DNA of 64,000 nucleotides, from assembly GCA_036172245.1 (NCBI GenBank), contig JAYWIR010000020.1, positions 1,426,001 to 1,490,000 of the forward strand, written 5' to 3'. Every line of letters begins with the position of its first letter. Position 1 is the stretch's first letter. The notes below the pieces were generated by a model. That model worked only from the letters and a program-made list of their open reading frames with translations, did not search any database and was not told the origin of the DNA. A program made the translations under genes and the position numbers. Source of the DNA: Raillietiella orientalis. Its lineage: Eukaryota. Below are positions 24,000-37,799 of this stretch, in pieces.

Positions 24000-25900
24000 T
24001 TCCTAGGAGCGGCGGCACCCCCACCCGTAAATCCTCCTGCGACCCGCACTCCTTCCCTTTGCTCCCTTTCGGAGGGTCGCAGGCAGGGATAAGTCCTTAG
24101 GCTCAGAGAGGTGCGCGCGCGCAGCAATCGCCATCTCGCGTCGCCTCCGGAAACGACGGCCACGAGCAGGTTCGCCCCCAGAGTGCGTCTTCTGTTCGAT
24201 GGATCGCGAGTGAGAGGGGAGAGAAGTGGGATGAAGAGACACCCCGCGTGGAAGCCTGGGAGAGGCATGGTGGCTGCACTTTCCCCCCTCCTCCCCGTCC
24301 CATCCTTGTCAAGGGGAGTGCTAACCTTCTCTCCTTTTCTACGACACGTCCTCCGCCCCGTCGCCGCCGGTCCCCACAGCTCATGTCCCTACTGTCACCG
24401 CAGCCTACTCTGTCCTTCCTTTGCCTTTCCCTGGGGGTGCGTGGGAAGCTCTCGGAGGTGCTCCTGGTGGCAAGAGAGGCATGGACGGAGACCCTGGGAA
24501 GCACCCATCGTCCAGGAGGAAGGGACGAGGGGCATGCCTCTTCTTCGATCCCCTTCGGCTAGTTGAGAAGAATAAGTGTGCTGAGACCAGGTCTTCCTGC
24601 CTCGTAGGGAACCCCTGGGCCTGTCCTATGCGGGCAGCAGCGAATGCTGCCGCTGCTTCAGCCCTCCGGGAGAACCCTGAGGACTTCCTTCCATGATCTC
24701 CACTCCTGAGCTTTGCACTCTACCTAAGGCAGAAAACTCCAGGGTCCCTGCTTGTCTCTGAGTCCAGGAGGAGTAGCTCCTTCCAGCTTCCAGGAGGAAC
24801 GTGATGTTCAGGTTAGCTGTATTTTCGAGACATCGACCCTCCCCTACATGAGTGGTCTGGAGATCCCCAATACGAATCCATAGGGGTGGATCGGGTGACG
24901 CGGACGCTCCTCAGGAGCGCAGGGAGGATGGGGAGATGAGAAAGACGACCCGGGGTTGCTTCTTTTCCTCTCGCACGAAATCCCGGTTCTCGACTAAGAA
25001 ACCGTCCCTGCAGGGACTCCCTCCCTGAAGGACCGGATTGCATCTCGACGCGCTGTCGCTCCCTGTTTCTGCTGAGCGGGCCCACAAGTGGGAGTGCACA
25101 TGACTCCCGAGGAGGGCAAGAGGGGCCCATCCAGTTCGGTCGGAAGGATCTATGGAGGCAGGCAGCCACGCCGGGATCATCTTTAGGAGGCTCCATTCTG
25201 CTGCCCCTAGAGAGTGCTTCAGAAGAATCCCGAATCCCAAGCGGCCTGGCTCCGGGAAGCGAAGCCCACAACTTGCCCTTCTATACCTCCTCCCCCTATA
25301 GTCTCTTGGCACTCTCAAGGGCTCTCGTAGACGCGTGGACGATGGAGGAAAAGGAGCTTTGGGGCTGTCGCCGGCCTGAGGGTGGTCCTTGAGAGGCAGT
25401 CCTCTCCTCGGGACGCTCAAAAAGAGGAGAACTCTCCCCTCTTCCCCCTTACGGAGGCTTTCCCTGCTTTTCTGGATCCAGGAATGCCTGCCATTCCCGA
25501 AAACCTTCAAAGCGGTCTCTCGGGAGACGCTCGTAGAGACTCAATGGGCGCGGCGTTTTCTTAGACCACCCTATTGATCCTCAAGGCAGAGGAGGGGAGG
25601 GGAGAAGCAAAAGCGACTGCTCGTCTCCCTACTATCAGGAAGCACCTGAGGAGATCACGATGCTTCTCGGGTGATAAGGTGGTCTGGGCGCTCTCCCTCT
25701 CCGGTGGCAACTGCGGCAGCGCCGCATTCCAGCCGGATGCTGCTTCACCCTCTTTCGACAGTCTACCACTTTGAGCTCAGGACCTCCAGCAGACACGCCC
25801 CCTCGGGTCCTCCAGGGGTGCCTTAGAGAACCCTACCTCCAGGGGTGTGGCGCCATCCGGGAAGAAGTCTCAGGAATCTGGAGAAATGCTGAGGGACTCG
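24000..25900 (+). mobile_element. Decayed L1/Tx1-type ORF2 remnant (APE-RT)
   Basis: Ordered motif ghosts: PILVKGSAN (GDFN), PEGPDCI (PGPDG, ~25025), ILLP..KRPGS (RPIS), PFPKTFKAVSRETL (DF.KAFD.V, ~25490), RRIPAGCCFTLF (RGVRQGCPLSPLLF, ~25720). Confidence 0.45.
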
Positions 25901-28900
25901 CACCCGTTGATCCCAAAATGATGCCAGACGATTCCCTGTCGCCGACAATCTCTCTCAACTCACTGCCATCACCACAGGACGTGGTCATCACTGACTCTGA
26001 AGTTTGAGGTCGTCTTTCACTTTTCAATCCCTTTCCGCTTCCCTGGGGGTTCTAGGGTTCCTGTTTGGGGTTCCTCGGATGAGCACGAACGGATCGCTTG
26101 GAACCTGCGCCGGAGATGTTGCCGAGGTATCCAGGATTTAACCCTTTCCACCGTAGAGGTGGGCTTTTCCAGTGGTTTCCTGAATTTTTCGCGGCAGGTT
26201 TCCAGTCTCTGTCCTGCGGGGACACAGACTCTCCACATCCCCGTGGTCTCTCCAGATGCCGTTCAGTGTCCCGAAGAATTCCTCAAGGGACCGCTTTATC
26301 TAAAGTATCAGCCGGTGATCCCTGGCGTCGTAGACATGATCTCTGCTTCCTCCTTCTCCACCACCACCACCATCATCCCCTTCTCCAATCCCTGGCCTTG
26401 GAACTTGGCGGCCGGACTCCGGTGTTCGCGGAAGGAGCTAGGTGCTGTCGCGGGTGACGAACGGCTGCTCGTCGGAAGCGACTCCGAGGAGCGCCTGCTG
26501 GCGCAGTCCCAAGAATTCCAAGAGCGATGGCTGTTTGCGGTCTCCGAAAGTGAAAGCCAAACAAATTGCAGAGTTGACATGGCAACCGTTTGCAGCTCTA
26601 AAGAAGCAAGAGCTCCTGAAACAAAACTCTTTTTGTATCCACAGCGCCCCCCCCCCCAAAAGATCCTGGAAGCGGACGGATTCGTTTTTAGCGAAAGACG
26701 TCCCTGTCTCCTTAGCCCATGCAGAAGGCCCAATTTATTGTTTGGCCTTCTTTACGAGGCGCCCATGTGGCGCGTTGCAACGAAATGGGCAACAAACAAT
26801 TGCCCATTCCCACGGCCGCTCGTTTCAAACTCTGTGAGCACCTTGGGCTGAAGTCAAACCACCCTCTTCCCTAGAGCTGGAACAATGGGCACCGTGTCCC
26901 TGTGGGGAGGAAAAGATTCACGGATTTCGAGGGACTGCTTCTTATATCGAGGAAACGTGGCTTAGGGATATCCATTGCCTGTTGCTGCTCGAGACCACTT
27001 GTTGCAGAACAGCACTGCTATTCTTTCCCATGGTGTTTTTTTTGTTTTTCTTGTTCTTCTTTGCAAATTTTCACCGGCTTGTTCCAGGCTGTATGACTGC
27101 TCCCTGGTGGCAACAAGCATCAGCGCGGGCGATAACAGAAACGACCCCGTATGCACGAAACCAGCGCCAGGCAACAGACGTGACTTAACAGTCTGAGCGC
27201 TGGGAAACTGAAGATCCACTCGCTGCCACCGCGTTCTTGATTCAAACAAAAAACTGATTTCACTCTCCACTCGGGGAGTGAAATCAGTTTGGACCGATCG
27301 CCACTGATCACTCCCTATCCCGTCAACCAATCCATCCCTCGATCACAGACAAATTGCAAACATGGATTAGGCCTGCAGGAATTCCGGATCGCCTTCTCTG
27401 ATTGAGGTGCAACTTCCAATGAATATCTTGCTCTTAGTTGTTCTGCAGATCATTCAGAAACCTCAACCCCCTCCCCTCTTTTGTATCTTTTGCAAGTGAC
27501 GACATTTGTCTCCATGCCATGGCAATTCGGTTTGAAGTTCGGCTCTTGCGTTCGAAGCACCAATGTGTAAAGTGTTCTGATGATTCGGTTTTTCCTCCAC
27601 CTCGGCAAAAAAACCAGGGGGGGTTGCTGCATCATGATAAATGACGAGGGGTCTCAAGTTCGTAAATCTTCCGGAATCTCCCTGTTTCCAGAGAGCTTTT
27701 GAAAGACAAAATCATCAGCTCGCATTCTGCCTGCTAGGAGCGCCGTGGAACTGGCAGCTGGAGCAACTTCTGTCCCTCTTCCTGGCGCCGAGTCTCCGAC
27801 AGAACCAACCCTGCTGGCGCATCCAGCTTCTTGGTACACCCTTCTGCTGAGAGAGAAGAAGAAGGGTCCGTGCTCTGTTTTGCAAGCTGGAGATTGTGCC
27901 GAAAAGAAACCTTTGCCTCCACTGATGGCTTGCGGAGCATGGATCGTTGAAGTGATTCCCTCTCCCGTTCCAGAAGACGAATTCCGTTCTTCGCACTTTA
28001 CAACAAAAATACAGGCCACTCTACGAAGAGGAATCCAGTATCCGGAGGTATTCTGGATAAACTGACCGAACACTGGGAGTTGCCGATCTTTCAAGGTCAC
28101 GAAGCTCTGTGGGATTTGTTCTCCACCGAGTGCCAATCAGGAAGGACTAAGAAACGCGTTCCATGGCAAAGATTTCCAGAGCGCCTTGGAAAACTGTGAA
28201 AGGCACCTCATTGTCTCTCTCTTCGTGGTAGCAGCAGCGACGCTAACGACCATTAATCATCACTGCACCTGGACCTCTATGCAGTCCACTTTTGTGTCTG
28301 TTACGTCCTCAGCAACGTCTTCCTGAACGTGATAGAACAAAATAAAATGGCGGATAACCTGAAAAGTACCCTTCTCATTCTTTCCCAACCTTCAGTCACT
28401 CAAGTACCGCGATCGATCCCGCCTCTTTCATTTTTCTATCCCTTTTCCTGATTGTTTGGATTCATTGACTGCATCCTCCGCCCGTCATAACTTCAAATGG
28501 ACTTTGCCACGGGCTAATCAGAGTGTGCCACCGTTGCGACTCGCTTTTCCGTAGTCACCTCTCCGCGGAGAGAAGCAAACTCTTAACTACGTGGATCGAT
28601 AAAGTTGGCAGTGAGGAAAGCAGTGAAAGAGTTTCGGAAGGAAAACCGTAAGAGCTATGACAGCTGTCACATGGGGGAGGCATCCCTGGTGAGATGTGCG
28701 CAAACACTCTGTGACCCGGGTGTTCACGCACACTTTTGGGCGGTACTGAATCGTGCAGTCTCAGTGTGAAGCGCTACACGGTAACCATCTGTTCCCGAAC
28801 CCTCCACGCCTTCAGCTTCAGTAAAGTTCATGAGTCACTCTGGTGCCTTTTGCAGCTTCCATTGCTGCTTCAGGGTGAATATTTGACCTTGTCCACCTAC

Positions 28901-29677
28901 CTGTTCTCTGCACGATGACTCAGTTCGGGTATCATTAGCCGCTCTCCCAACCGGCTCTTCGTATGCTGACGTTTGCTCCGAGGAAGCCCTACCTCTATCC
29001 CACCTATCTCTGAGTGCTTCTTCATCGCGTATTCGAGGCGGAAAGAAGCGACCATTGCTCAGACATGCCTGGCCTATCATTACCAGCCGCACCAGCTAGG
29101 TGGTCTGCAGCGTCTCTTCCGCTTGCATCAACGTGCATCTGAAGGGTATCCCCTCTATTGAGGTGCTACATGAACACTACCACCATTGTCACGGACAATA
29201 CCACCAACAGAAACAACAAGGGGGAACTGAATGTCTGGTAGGAACTCTGCTGGAATCTTCGTTCCTCCCAGGAATGCAGAGAGTGGTGGTGGTGGGTTCT
29301 CTTCTCCTGTCACCGTGTCGCAGGTCCCATTTCCGAAGCTGGTGAGTGTGCGTGCGCAACGTGCATCTTTATCCAGAACTCCTCCAGTCTTCCTAGCATT
29401 TCAAATTCCCCTAAGACTCAATTTGGAAAACGCATCCTCGCAGTTCTACCACCTCCAAAAGCCTTCAGACAAGCGTGGCAGAAATTTTCTTTCCTCCTTC
29501 CCCACGACCCATGATGGTGACCTATCCGTGTACCAGATCCATAAGAATACCATTAGCCCTAAAGGAAACGATTCGTAGACTTCGAGGATCCCGCGTGAGA
29601 AACGATCTGTGCATTCCATTAAGGACCTTGCAGTTCACTTATCCTTTTCTATTGCTTATTCCTCTTGCAAGGAAGGT

Positions 29678-29702
29678 AAAAAAAAAAAAAAAAAAAAAAA
29701 AA
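29678..29702 (+). repeat. A25 homopolymer
   Basis: Direct count of 25 consecutive A. Confidence 0.95.
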
Positions 29703-31916
29703 GAAGCATTCCCACGTCTAGGAGTCTGACCTTTCCATTTTCATACCTTCCATTTCATGTTGTACATAACTGCCATTCAAAGGAGCCAGTATGAGAACAT
29801 AAAAAGCAGGAATGTCGGTCCCAAGAGTTCTAAAGAAGTGAAGGATTCCTTTAGATTTTAGGCCCCTGTTTTCACTGTGCACTTTCTGTAACTTTAGGGA
29901 CAGAAAGATCGCTCATTGTTCCCTTTGAGCTCTCATCTCATTGTACCATTTTCGGTTTACTTCTCCCTCTTAGATCTGAGTCTTACCTTTATTGAATTTT
30001 TTAAGACTCAGTCTATTTCGTTTCTATTGAACAGTAAAGTCATTCTGAAACTGCTATTTACTCGGATGCGACCTTTAACATAGTCACCATCACTGATCGA
30101 CTACATCATTTCGTAGAATGAGAACTGGAACCATTTTTTTTTTTTTTCTCCAAAATGCGTTACTTCGATGGAATTCTCCGAATTCGGCTCTTGGAAGCGC
30201 CTTCGACCCTCCTTTTGTCGTCAAGGTCGGGTTGAGCAGCATTGCTGGGGGCCACAATGCAATGAGAAATGCTAGAAGAATAAGTTTGATGCATGTTTTT
30301 AGCCTTCCTTTCATAAAAGTGATTTCCTGAATTTAGGATACAGTTTGCAATTGTGTTGCACTGAGGTCCTTTTCCAGGAACTTTTCGGCTTTCTAGTGAA
30401 GTGAAGGGATGCTAAGGACAATGTGTCTTGTGGATCCCGTGACTTATAAACCAGAAATGTCAGAAATATCGCAGATGTGTTCCTCCTCCTTCCCAGAGGT
30501 TTGCTAAAAAGAGCCGCAACACAGTGTTGGGTAACTAACACAGCATTTTTGGTGCTTACGTGAGAAACAGTGCCATCTATTAGACAAAACATGCATTCAC
30601 GCCGGTTTGAAGTTCAAACCCAGGCTCATGTATTTCTGATGAAAGTTTTCCTCATGAGCATCAGAGCTGGAATCGGTTCAAACAAAGATCCGAATCGTCA
30701 TTAGTTAGTCTGAGAACACATCTCCGTGCTGCCCATCGGAGCATTCCAGAAACACATAGTCAAGGAGCCGGCCAATCTACCGGCAGCTTCGTCTCCTGTT
30801 TCTCGAATAAGAAGAAGCGCTCAACATCCATCGATACTCGGCAACTACTAATAGAGACGCTGACTCTGAGACATACAAGAAGAAGAGGAATCCCGTGCAC
30901 ATTCTGGCCTTTCTTTGTATTTCTTGATCTCATCCAGTCAGACAAGAGTGTCGCGTCCTCCTTTTACCGTGTTCGGAAATGAGTGCGGATGATGATGACC
31001 TTTCTGACTTTTTCTCCAGAAAGAGATTCAATGAATGCATGCATGTCTTTTCTTTGCATGCTCCGATGCTGTTCTAACGAAGGGAAAAAAGGGAACACAA
31101 CAGCAATGAATTGTCATCACAGAACTTTGAAAAGTTCAACGGGAATTCTTGGGAAAGAAGCGGTGCTCTCTGTGATTAGTTGTGGATCTCCTAAGACTTC
31201 ACAGCGAAAGTACAGTCGAGTCTGCATCATCAGGATAAGGGTAAGTCGACTGATTTCCCCACCTCAGCCGCCTCGGATGCTCTTGCTGGAGGCGGAAAGA
31301 CGGACGCAACAGCCTCTGCAGCTGTGGGTGGTTCCAAACAAGGAAGATGCGATCTGATGGATGCTGGCATCTTCAAAAGGATGATCATTCTCATGATCTG
31401 ATCCTAGTAGTTCCAGCAGACTGCCAATCCTTAAACGACCTTGCTGGCTCCCGGAAATCCGATTGCTCAGGTCAGGACGTCCTACAGAACACGCCCTTCC
31501 TCCTCATTGCTAGACTCTTCAAGACGATCCTCAGCTGCAATGCCGGTTGGGCGCCCTCCTGAAGAGGCTGACTCTCCTGAAAGCTGAGGAATGAGTTCCA
31601 GTCCTAGGGGAAGATTTGCCTCCAGACCTGCTGGCGAGATCCTTGCCTCCTCAGCTGCGGGTTCACGGTTTCACGTCTAGAGGAAGCGGATTCCTCACAG
31701 TGGAGGGCGAGTGGAAAGGCAGTCGTCTGTGAGTAGCGGGCTCCTGAATCCTCGGTCTTCCTTGCTCGAGGATTGCGAAGCAGGATCGCTCCTGGGGAAC
31801 GTGCAGAGGGGAAGCGAGCGTCTTTGCGGGACTGCGAGAGGGCGCGCGCGCTGCTGGTTCCTTCAGAGGTCCTCAAGACAAAGGAAAGAGCACAAGATAA
31901 GAGCAAGGAACCATGG

Positions 31917-31961
31917 GAAAAGATTCCAGTCCCATGGAAACCATGGGACTGGAATCTTTTC
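31917..31961. repeat. Perfect 21-bp inverted repeat with 3-nt loop
   Basis: GAAAAGATTCCAGTCCCATGG-AAA-CCATGGGACTGGAATCTTTTC. Confidence 0.95.
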
Positions 31962-32399
31962 TTTCCCAATAGAACTAGCTGTGAAGTTGGCCTGAGGGCG
32001 TAAATTAGCGTGAGTCCCCACCCACGCTAATTGACGACACTAAACGGACCAGACAGCAGACGGAGCTACCGCAAGAGTAGCACTGGAGGTTTCGACGTCT
32101 CCAGGGAGCTAAACCGAGGTGGAGATAGCATCACTATGACGACAGCTCAGTGCACTGAACCTTCATCGGATGTTGCACTGCGCCTCTTCCCAAGTCGAGT
32201 TGCCTCAGAAGCGCAAACTGCCTCCCTAAGGCACACAACTGCGGGGTCACAAACCGAGAGAGAAGTGACAGAGGTGAACTCAGGCTGCTGCGACCTATTA
32301 CCCGCAAGAAGAAACGCTTCATCATGGAGGCGGAGGGCTCTGCCGATGCTCGGCGCAGAGCTTTCCTGACATCCGGGAAACCTGAGTGCCTTCTGTTAT

Positions 32400-33430
32400 C
32401 TGAAGAGCCTCCACAGGATGCACTTGCGTATCATCACCAGCTGAAGAGGACCCTGACTGGATCCACAGTGAAGTATCCACGTTTCCCACGATCCGTGCTA
32501 GTGACATCATACCGAGGCAGGTTTTCCGCTAGGCACTGTCTTAGCCCAAAGGGTTCTCTGCTTCCTCGCAGCGGGTGGCGGAAGACTTTCGAAGTTGTGG
32601 CGTCGGGATCATCCTCACCTGTCGGTTTTCAAGGATGCTTTGACGACTGTGGAGAAGAGATGGGAGGCCAGGAAGAAAATAGTGCTGGCCAACACCTCTG
32701 CGGTTACCTCTGCGGCGGCTTGCCCCTAACGCGAGGGACTGCGAGGTCGCTGAAGAGGGACTCCGCTGCGGAAAGGCCTGCGTTAGGTAGGGTCACGAGA
32801 GATTTCTTGTATTCTTCCGTCCCGGGAGCCGCCCCGTTTAACGAACGGGCTAAACGGCAAATGGGTGCATTTGCAAAGGCGTTCACACCTTACTGGTTGC
32901 GGATGACCTTGATCTCCATGAGCTTATCCAGGTAATCTATTGCGATGTTGCGATTATCTTCTGAATAGGCCGAATGCTTTCGGAAGATAATCGCCTTCGG
33001 TTTCCATGCAATTACAACGTGTCAAAATAACGAGTGTGGCGGGAGAACACAAAAATGGCAGTACTGCGACGATCTTGGGGATGGGCCACGCGACGATGTC
33101 GGGTTGGCGCGTGAAACCTGGGCAGGCGCCTCCTGTTACCGCTGGCTGAGCCACGCAGACAGGTGCGGGGGAGTCTCTGCGTGCACATCGCCACGCACGC
33201 GGTCCGTCCGCTTCTCAGGCGCACCGGGCGCGTGCCCTGGGAAAACTGCGTGCGACTCGCCCGTGACGGAAACTCGCCCTGGCTGTCTGCAGTCTATGGG
33301 GGGGACCTGCCTTGCTCTCACGCGGTTTCCAACCTTTGGAGTTTTTCTGAGATACCCGAATATCTGCGTTTGGTGGGCAGTTCTTGCGGAGGATTCGGGA
33401 GGAGGCAAATCCAATATTCCTCCCTTCGCC
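32400..33430 (-). mobile_element. Possible decayed Ty3/Gypsy protease-RT remnant
   Basis: PKAIIFRKHSAYSEDNRNIAIDYLDKLMEIKVIR*..FANAPI, CRLARSLN, LSAAESLFSDL in one frame mimic the Gypsy RT N-terminus (idkll..gvI.ps.S.wasPi, R...DyR.LN, L.ga..FsklD). Confidence 0.35.
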
Positions 33431-35454
33431 TCCAATCTGACGAGAAAGCCAGAGGGATTTTTTTTTTCTCTCTCTCTCTCTCTCTTCGTTTGCTTGAAAA
33501 TCTTTGAACACATCGTCCATACCTGAGGGTCATTTCCCGCGCTCGTGTTGCGTGGGAAGATAATTCCACATTAGCTGATGCCGCGCGCTCATTTCTGAAG
33601 AAGAATCCTGAAAGATGCTGGAGTCGTTCCAGGCAACACCACCGAGTATCTGTTTCGTGGATGTTTTCAGGATGGACTCGACAGCTGTGCAGAGTACCTG
33701 CGAATGCTACCGCGAGATGACTCTGCGCGCATCGAGCTGCTGGGTAGCGCGCCGCAGCGCTGAGACGAGGGTTTCCGAAGTCGCGCATCTCCGACGAGTG
33801 GTACGCTCACCAGCAACGCGCTTCTGTTGTTCCGACGCCACCTAACCGGAAGCTCAGTAGCCCGGGAATCTGATTTACGGCATCTTCTTTGAATCTCCAG
33901 CCTCATCAGGTCCGTCAGCTGTCGCATCCACTTTGAAGTCCTAAAAAAAAAAATCCGGAGGGTTTTATAAAGAGGCGGAAATTGCATTCCAGAGGACGAT
34001 CCTGCTTGCGTTTGACAACTGCTACGAGGGCACTTTAAATCGGCGGCTTCCGCTTGCGAAAAGGTCCCGAAGCGACGACCACCAGTCCAGCCGTCGGGAT
34101 AGACGCACCGACCTCTTAGCGTATGGATAGAAATCTTTAAGAATGACGACAGTCGTTCATAGAGGTCGTTATTTATGCAGCCCGCGAACCAACATAAATA
34201 AAGGCTCCTTTCATCCGAAAGATGCATTGCCTGTCCCCAAAAAACCTCATCGAAACGGCTTTTCTTCCAAAATAGGGACTGCTGCTATTCGGGGCAACCT
34301 TCTTTTTCTTATTCGCTCTCAGAATGGGCCCGTGCATCTCTTCGAAGGACCATGTTGCTCAAGTGCTGAAGACCGGGGATCAGGAGAGGTCCCTACGCAA
34401 GTATTCCGATCGAGTACTCCGACACCGACAAAGGACGCTCGGAACCACTCGGCCCATTTGCTGACTTGTGGGAGCTTTCTGGATTTTGGACTCTAGCGAG
34501 GGGGAGGAGATGGATGGGAAGATTCGTCGCAGAGGACAATGAACCACCGGTTTCACGTGACGCTACTCGTCCTGACTCTGGAAGATGCGACCCCTTGCTC
34601 GCCCATCCTCCTGCGCCTCCCTCGTAGATTCCTGTTCTCCAAAGACGGCCCTCGCCTGAAACCTCGGCCTCATCGCCTGCCTCCCTCGCTGCAGAGCAAC
34701 CGCAGAGATGCGCCGGCATCCCTCGGAGACGCTCCTGCGTCCGAAACTGCCGGCATCACGTTTTCCGGGGCGCGAGCACCGGCAGATCCGCTTTCCGAGG
34801 TGCCATTCACCGAGGTCACCCGAGAGAGCTCCTACAGCAGAACGACCGCGTGCAGAACGACCCGGCCGAACCTGCCGCTGCATCTTGGAGCTCCTCAGAT
34901 CACGCGGGCGCCACGGAAGAAGTCCGAAGCCACGTGGGTGCGCCGATCAGCTCAAGCGTGAGCATTAGTGAACCGTGGAGGGATTTCCGCCCTCGGAAAC
35001 GCGTGATCTCAGCCGCGGCTGACGCGGAGGCTCCGAAAGATAATGGCTGCCGGATGTGGACCTTTTTTGCCAGGGAGGCTCAGTTCCGTTCCTCTGATGG
35101 ATGCTGGGCTCGTGAGTAACGGTCCCAGAGAGGCACCGCATTATCCACTCAGGAAATGATCTTCGTGATGGAAATTTTCCAGGATGCTGCGCATCCCATC
35201 GCGCGAATCTGGAGCGAAAGTACGCACTCATCTCGGAAGCATTAGGTGGTCCCCCGGCACAGCCACCCACTCCTGACGAAGCACCTCCCTGCTTTTGGAT
35301 GCATCCCGGAAAAATTTTCAGCCCGAGGCGGTAAAGTTTGGAACTCGGAGCGCTGGGAATTTTAAGGGAAGTGCCTGCAGGGGAGAAGACTTTTTCCCTC
35401 TTCTGCAGCCGTTAGCACAGGGACTCTCCGCAAAATGAGGCCACCTGAGTCACC

Positions 35455-36900
35455 TTGCCTTGGTGGGGAGAGGACTCCTTGAACGCAACCGCACCGCGAG
35501 ATGGCGGAAAACGCCATACCACGAGCGCGAGCGTGCTCCCCCTGCCCTTCTTCCACGCGGGGGACGGGCTCAGCAACGAACCTGAACAATACCTAGGGCG
35601 CTTCGGCTCCCCGAAGCCGCTCCACGATGCCCGCCTCTCTACGGGTTTGCGCTCCCCCCTCCCTTGCTGGCGATTCCCCGCCACGCACGAGAGCAGCGGC
35701 GACCGCCGAAGCGCAGGGAGGGCGCGGCCGTCGCCGCCCACGCGCCAAGAGCGGCGAAACCGGTCCGATCCGGGACGCGCAGCACGACGGGAACCTCCGG
35801 ACGGTCGCGGTCAGTGCGACCGAACGCCACCGAAAGCATCGCGTCCGCCCCCATCCCTTCCGCTCACCATGAAGGCCTACCTCGCGAAGGACGCCGAGCG
35901 CCGCAAGGCCGAACGGCCAGCCCGCCCCGTTCCCCGCTGATCCGCGGAAGCGACCTTTCATGGCCCTGTCTTCCACTCCTCTTCCCACGTCCTGCTCACC
36001 CGAACCTGCCCACAGCCTGCGTCCTTCGAAGGGATTTGCGGACTGCGTTTGCGGAGAGAATTCGGCCACGGAGGGGGCCATTCAAGGAAGGGGAGAGGGG
36101 AGGCGGAGGCGAGCGCTCCCCTGCACATCTTTTCCTGACCCGTAGGGAGTAAAGGAGGATAGTACCGTGTCCGGTACCCTCCAGAACCGAGGGAGGATTT
36201 GCCGATCAGGGAAGATCAGGGATTCTCGTCTTCGTCTCGTCTTCCCGATTTCTCCCCTCATCCCAAAGTCCACCATCACTCCAGCGTGACCACACTTCCC
36301 TGAGAGGATGTCCCTCCGCCGGACGCCATTCGTTCTGGAACCTCCCAGCGGCTTCATTCTTTCATGATGCTCCCGATCTTCGCTTCGTGACCTTCGTGGC
36401 ACCTTCCGTTGCGATTCCTTTCGGTGCTCGCGAAGAACGCCCACCTCCGATCGCGATGGAGGACCCTGAGGGCTTCGCTTCGGTGTTGCCCACCGGGTTT
36501 CGTTCCTGCAGCTCTCAAGAGCATTTCTGCGGCCCTCCCGTCCCCTCTTTTCCAGAGACTGCCTTTCGCCCCGCTGCGTCGTCGCTCGCTCTCCTCCGTG
36601 GAAGCTCTGAGGAGGAGGCTCCTCGAGGTTTGGGCCACCGCGGTGACCATTCTTCCGTCTTCCCGGCCACTGTCTAGCGAGGGTTGAGCTACGTCTGGAA
36701 CGCAGAGGGCACTCGTGGGTGTGCAGGCGAGGAGGAACGAGGCGCCTCCCTTCCTTCTCTTTGCTCCTTCAGTGATGGATAAGCCGTCTACTCCTCCTGC
36801 GCAATTCGTCTTCCGCGCAGAAGCGTAAGGATCATCCGGGAGGGCTTTCGTGACCACCTGGCAGAGCTCCTACTCCTGAAGTTCCTGAGGGCGACCTCAT
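35455..36900 (+). mobile_element. Decayed L1/Tx1-type element: ORF1 end and ORF2 AP-endonuclease region
   Basis: ORF ending 35940, ATG at 35960, then GRSGILVFV (GvailV), LRFVTFVAP (vnvYAP), MEDPEG (GDFN), HRGDHSSV (SDH) in the expected order with stops and frameshifts. Confidence 0.45.
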
Positions 36901-36996
36901 CATCTACGATAACAGCTCCTACGGTCGCTATGAACGGTTCACGCAACCAAATGCTGATGGAGATGGCAATCAGGTCTGTAGGGCATGCATGACCTT
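35688..36996 (+). repeat. 1.3-kb inverted segmental duplication, left copy
   Basis: Position p maps to 91892-p; five ORF-track translations are identical on opposite strands; constant offset implies no indels; one substitution noticed (35699/56193). Confidence 0.97.
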
Positions 36997-37799
36997 CCAA
37001 TTCTCTTCCTCACAAAAATCTCATTTGCACATGCTGGATAAACGACCGGATGATGCGTAACGGGGAGGAACCGGCCTACCGCTTCGTGGGGCATACCGGG
37101 GACCGAGTTTCCGCCTTGCAACGCTTGAAGCGGTACACCCACGCTTTCTTCCCGGGGCGCCGGGCCATTTATTTGGCATAAATAAATCAAGAAATAGCAT
37201 GTCTCTCCGGAAAGGAGAACGAGGCCTCAGCGACCGCGGAGCGCGTGGCTCTCCATCCTCTCGGGGCTCGCAGCTTGTGGTGCCAGCCACGTGACCGAAA
37301 GACACACCCCGGCACCCCAAAATCCCAGTGAACTCCCGAAAATGCGTGGGTGCTTGTCATTCTCTGAGGAAGTTGCGTTTAGTGAGCGTTAGGACTGACA
37401 GGAAAATCAAATGCGAGGATAAATTATCAGAAATGAAAAATGGCGATGATGGTTTAGAATGGCGCAAAAAATTAAATAAAACAGAATAGGATAAAATAGA
37501 GAAGCAATTAAGAAAATTGCGCGTATGAAAAAGTAAGTGTACTAGGGGGAAGATCATGAGCTGTTGCGTGGAGGTGGTCCATAAATGCTAGCCGGCTGTC
37601 ACTGCCACCAACTCCTTTTTTTTCAGTCCTGCGTCTCGATAAATGAGCCCGCAATCCCGAAACTCTCAATCCTCGTTGAAAAAAGACCATCTAGGAGGAA
37701 ACGGTAATTGGTGGTTGCCGTGGTTGTTTATAGAGATCGTTTTGAACTCTTTTTTGCTCGTATCCGATCCCATTTTATCTTCAGAGTTGACAGATGCAG

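Noticed and set aside
26159..26851. 230-aa ORF as a real gene
   Set aside because: No recognisable domain; overlapping long ORFs in several frames are typical of GC-rich decayed repeats.
28835..29092. AIG1/GIMAP GTPase start (RLVMIG)
   Set aside because: No GxxGxGKS P-loop follows.
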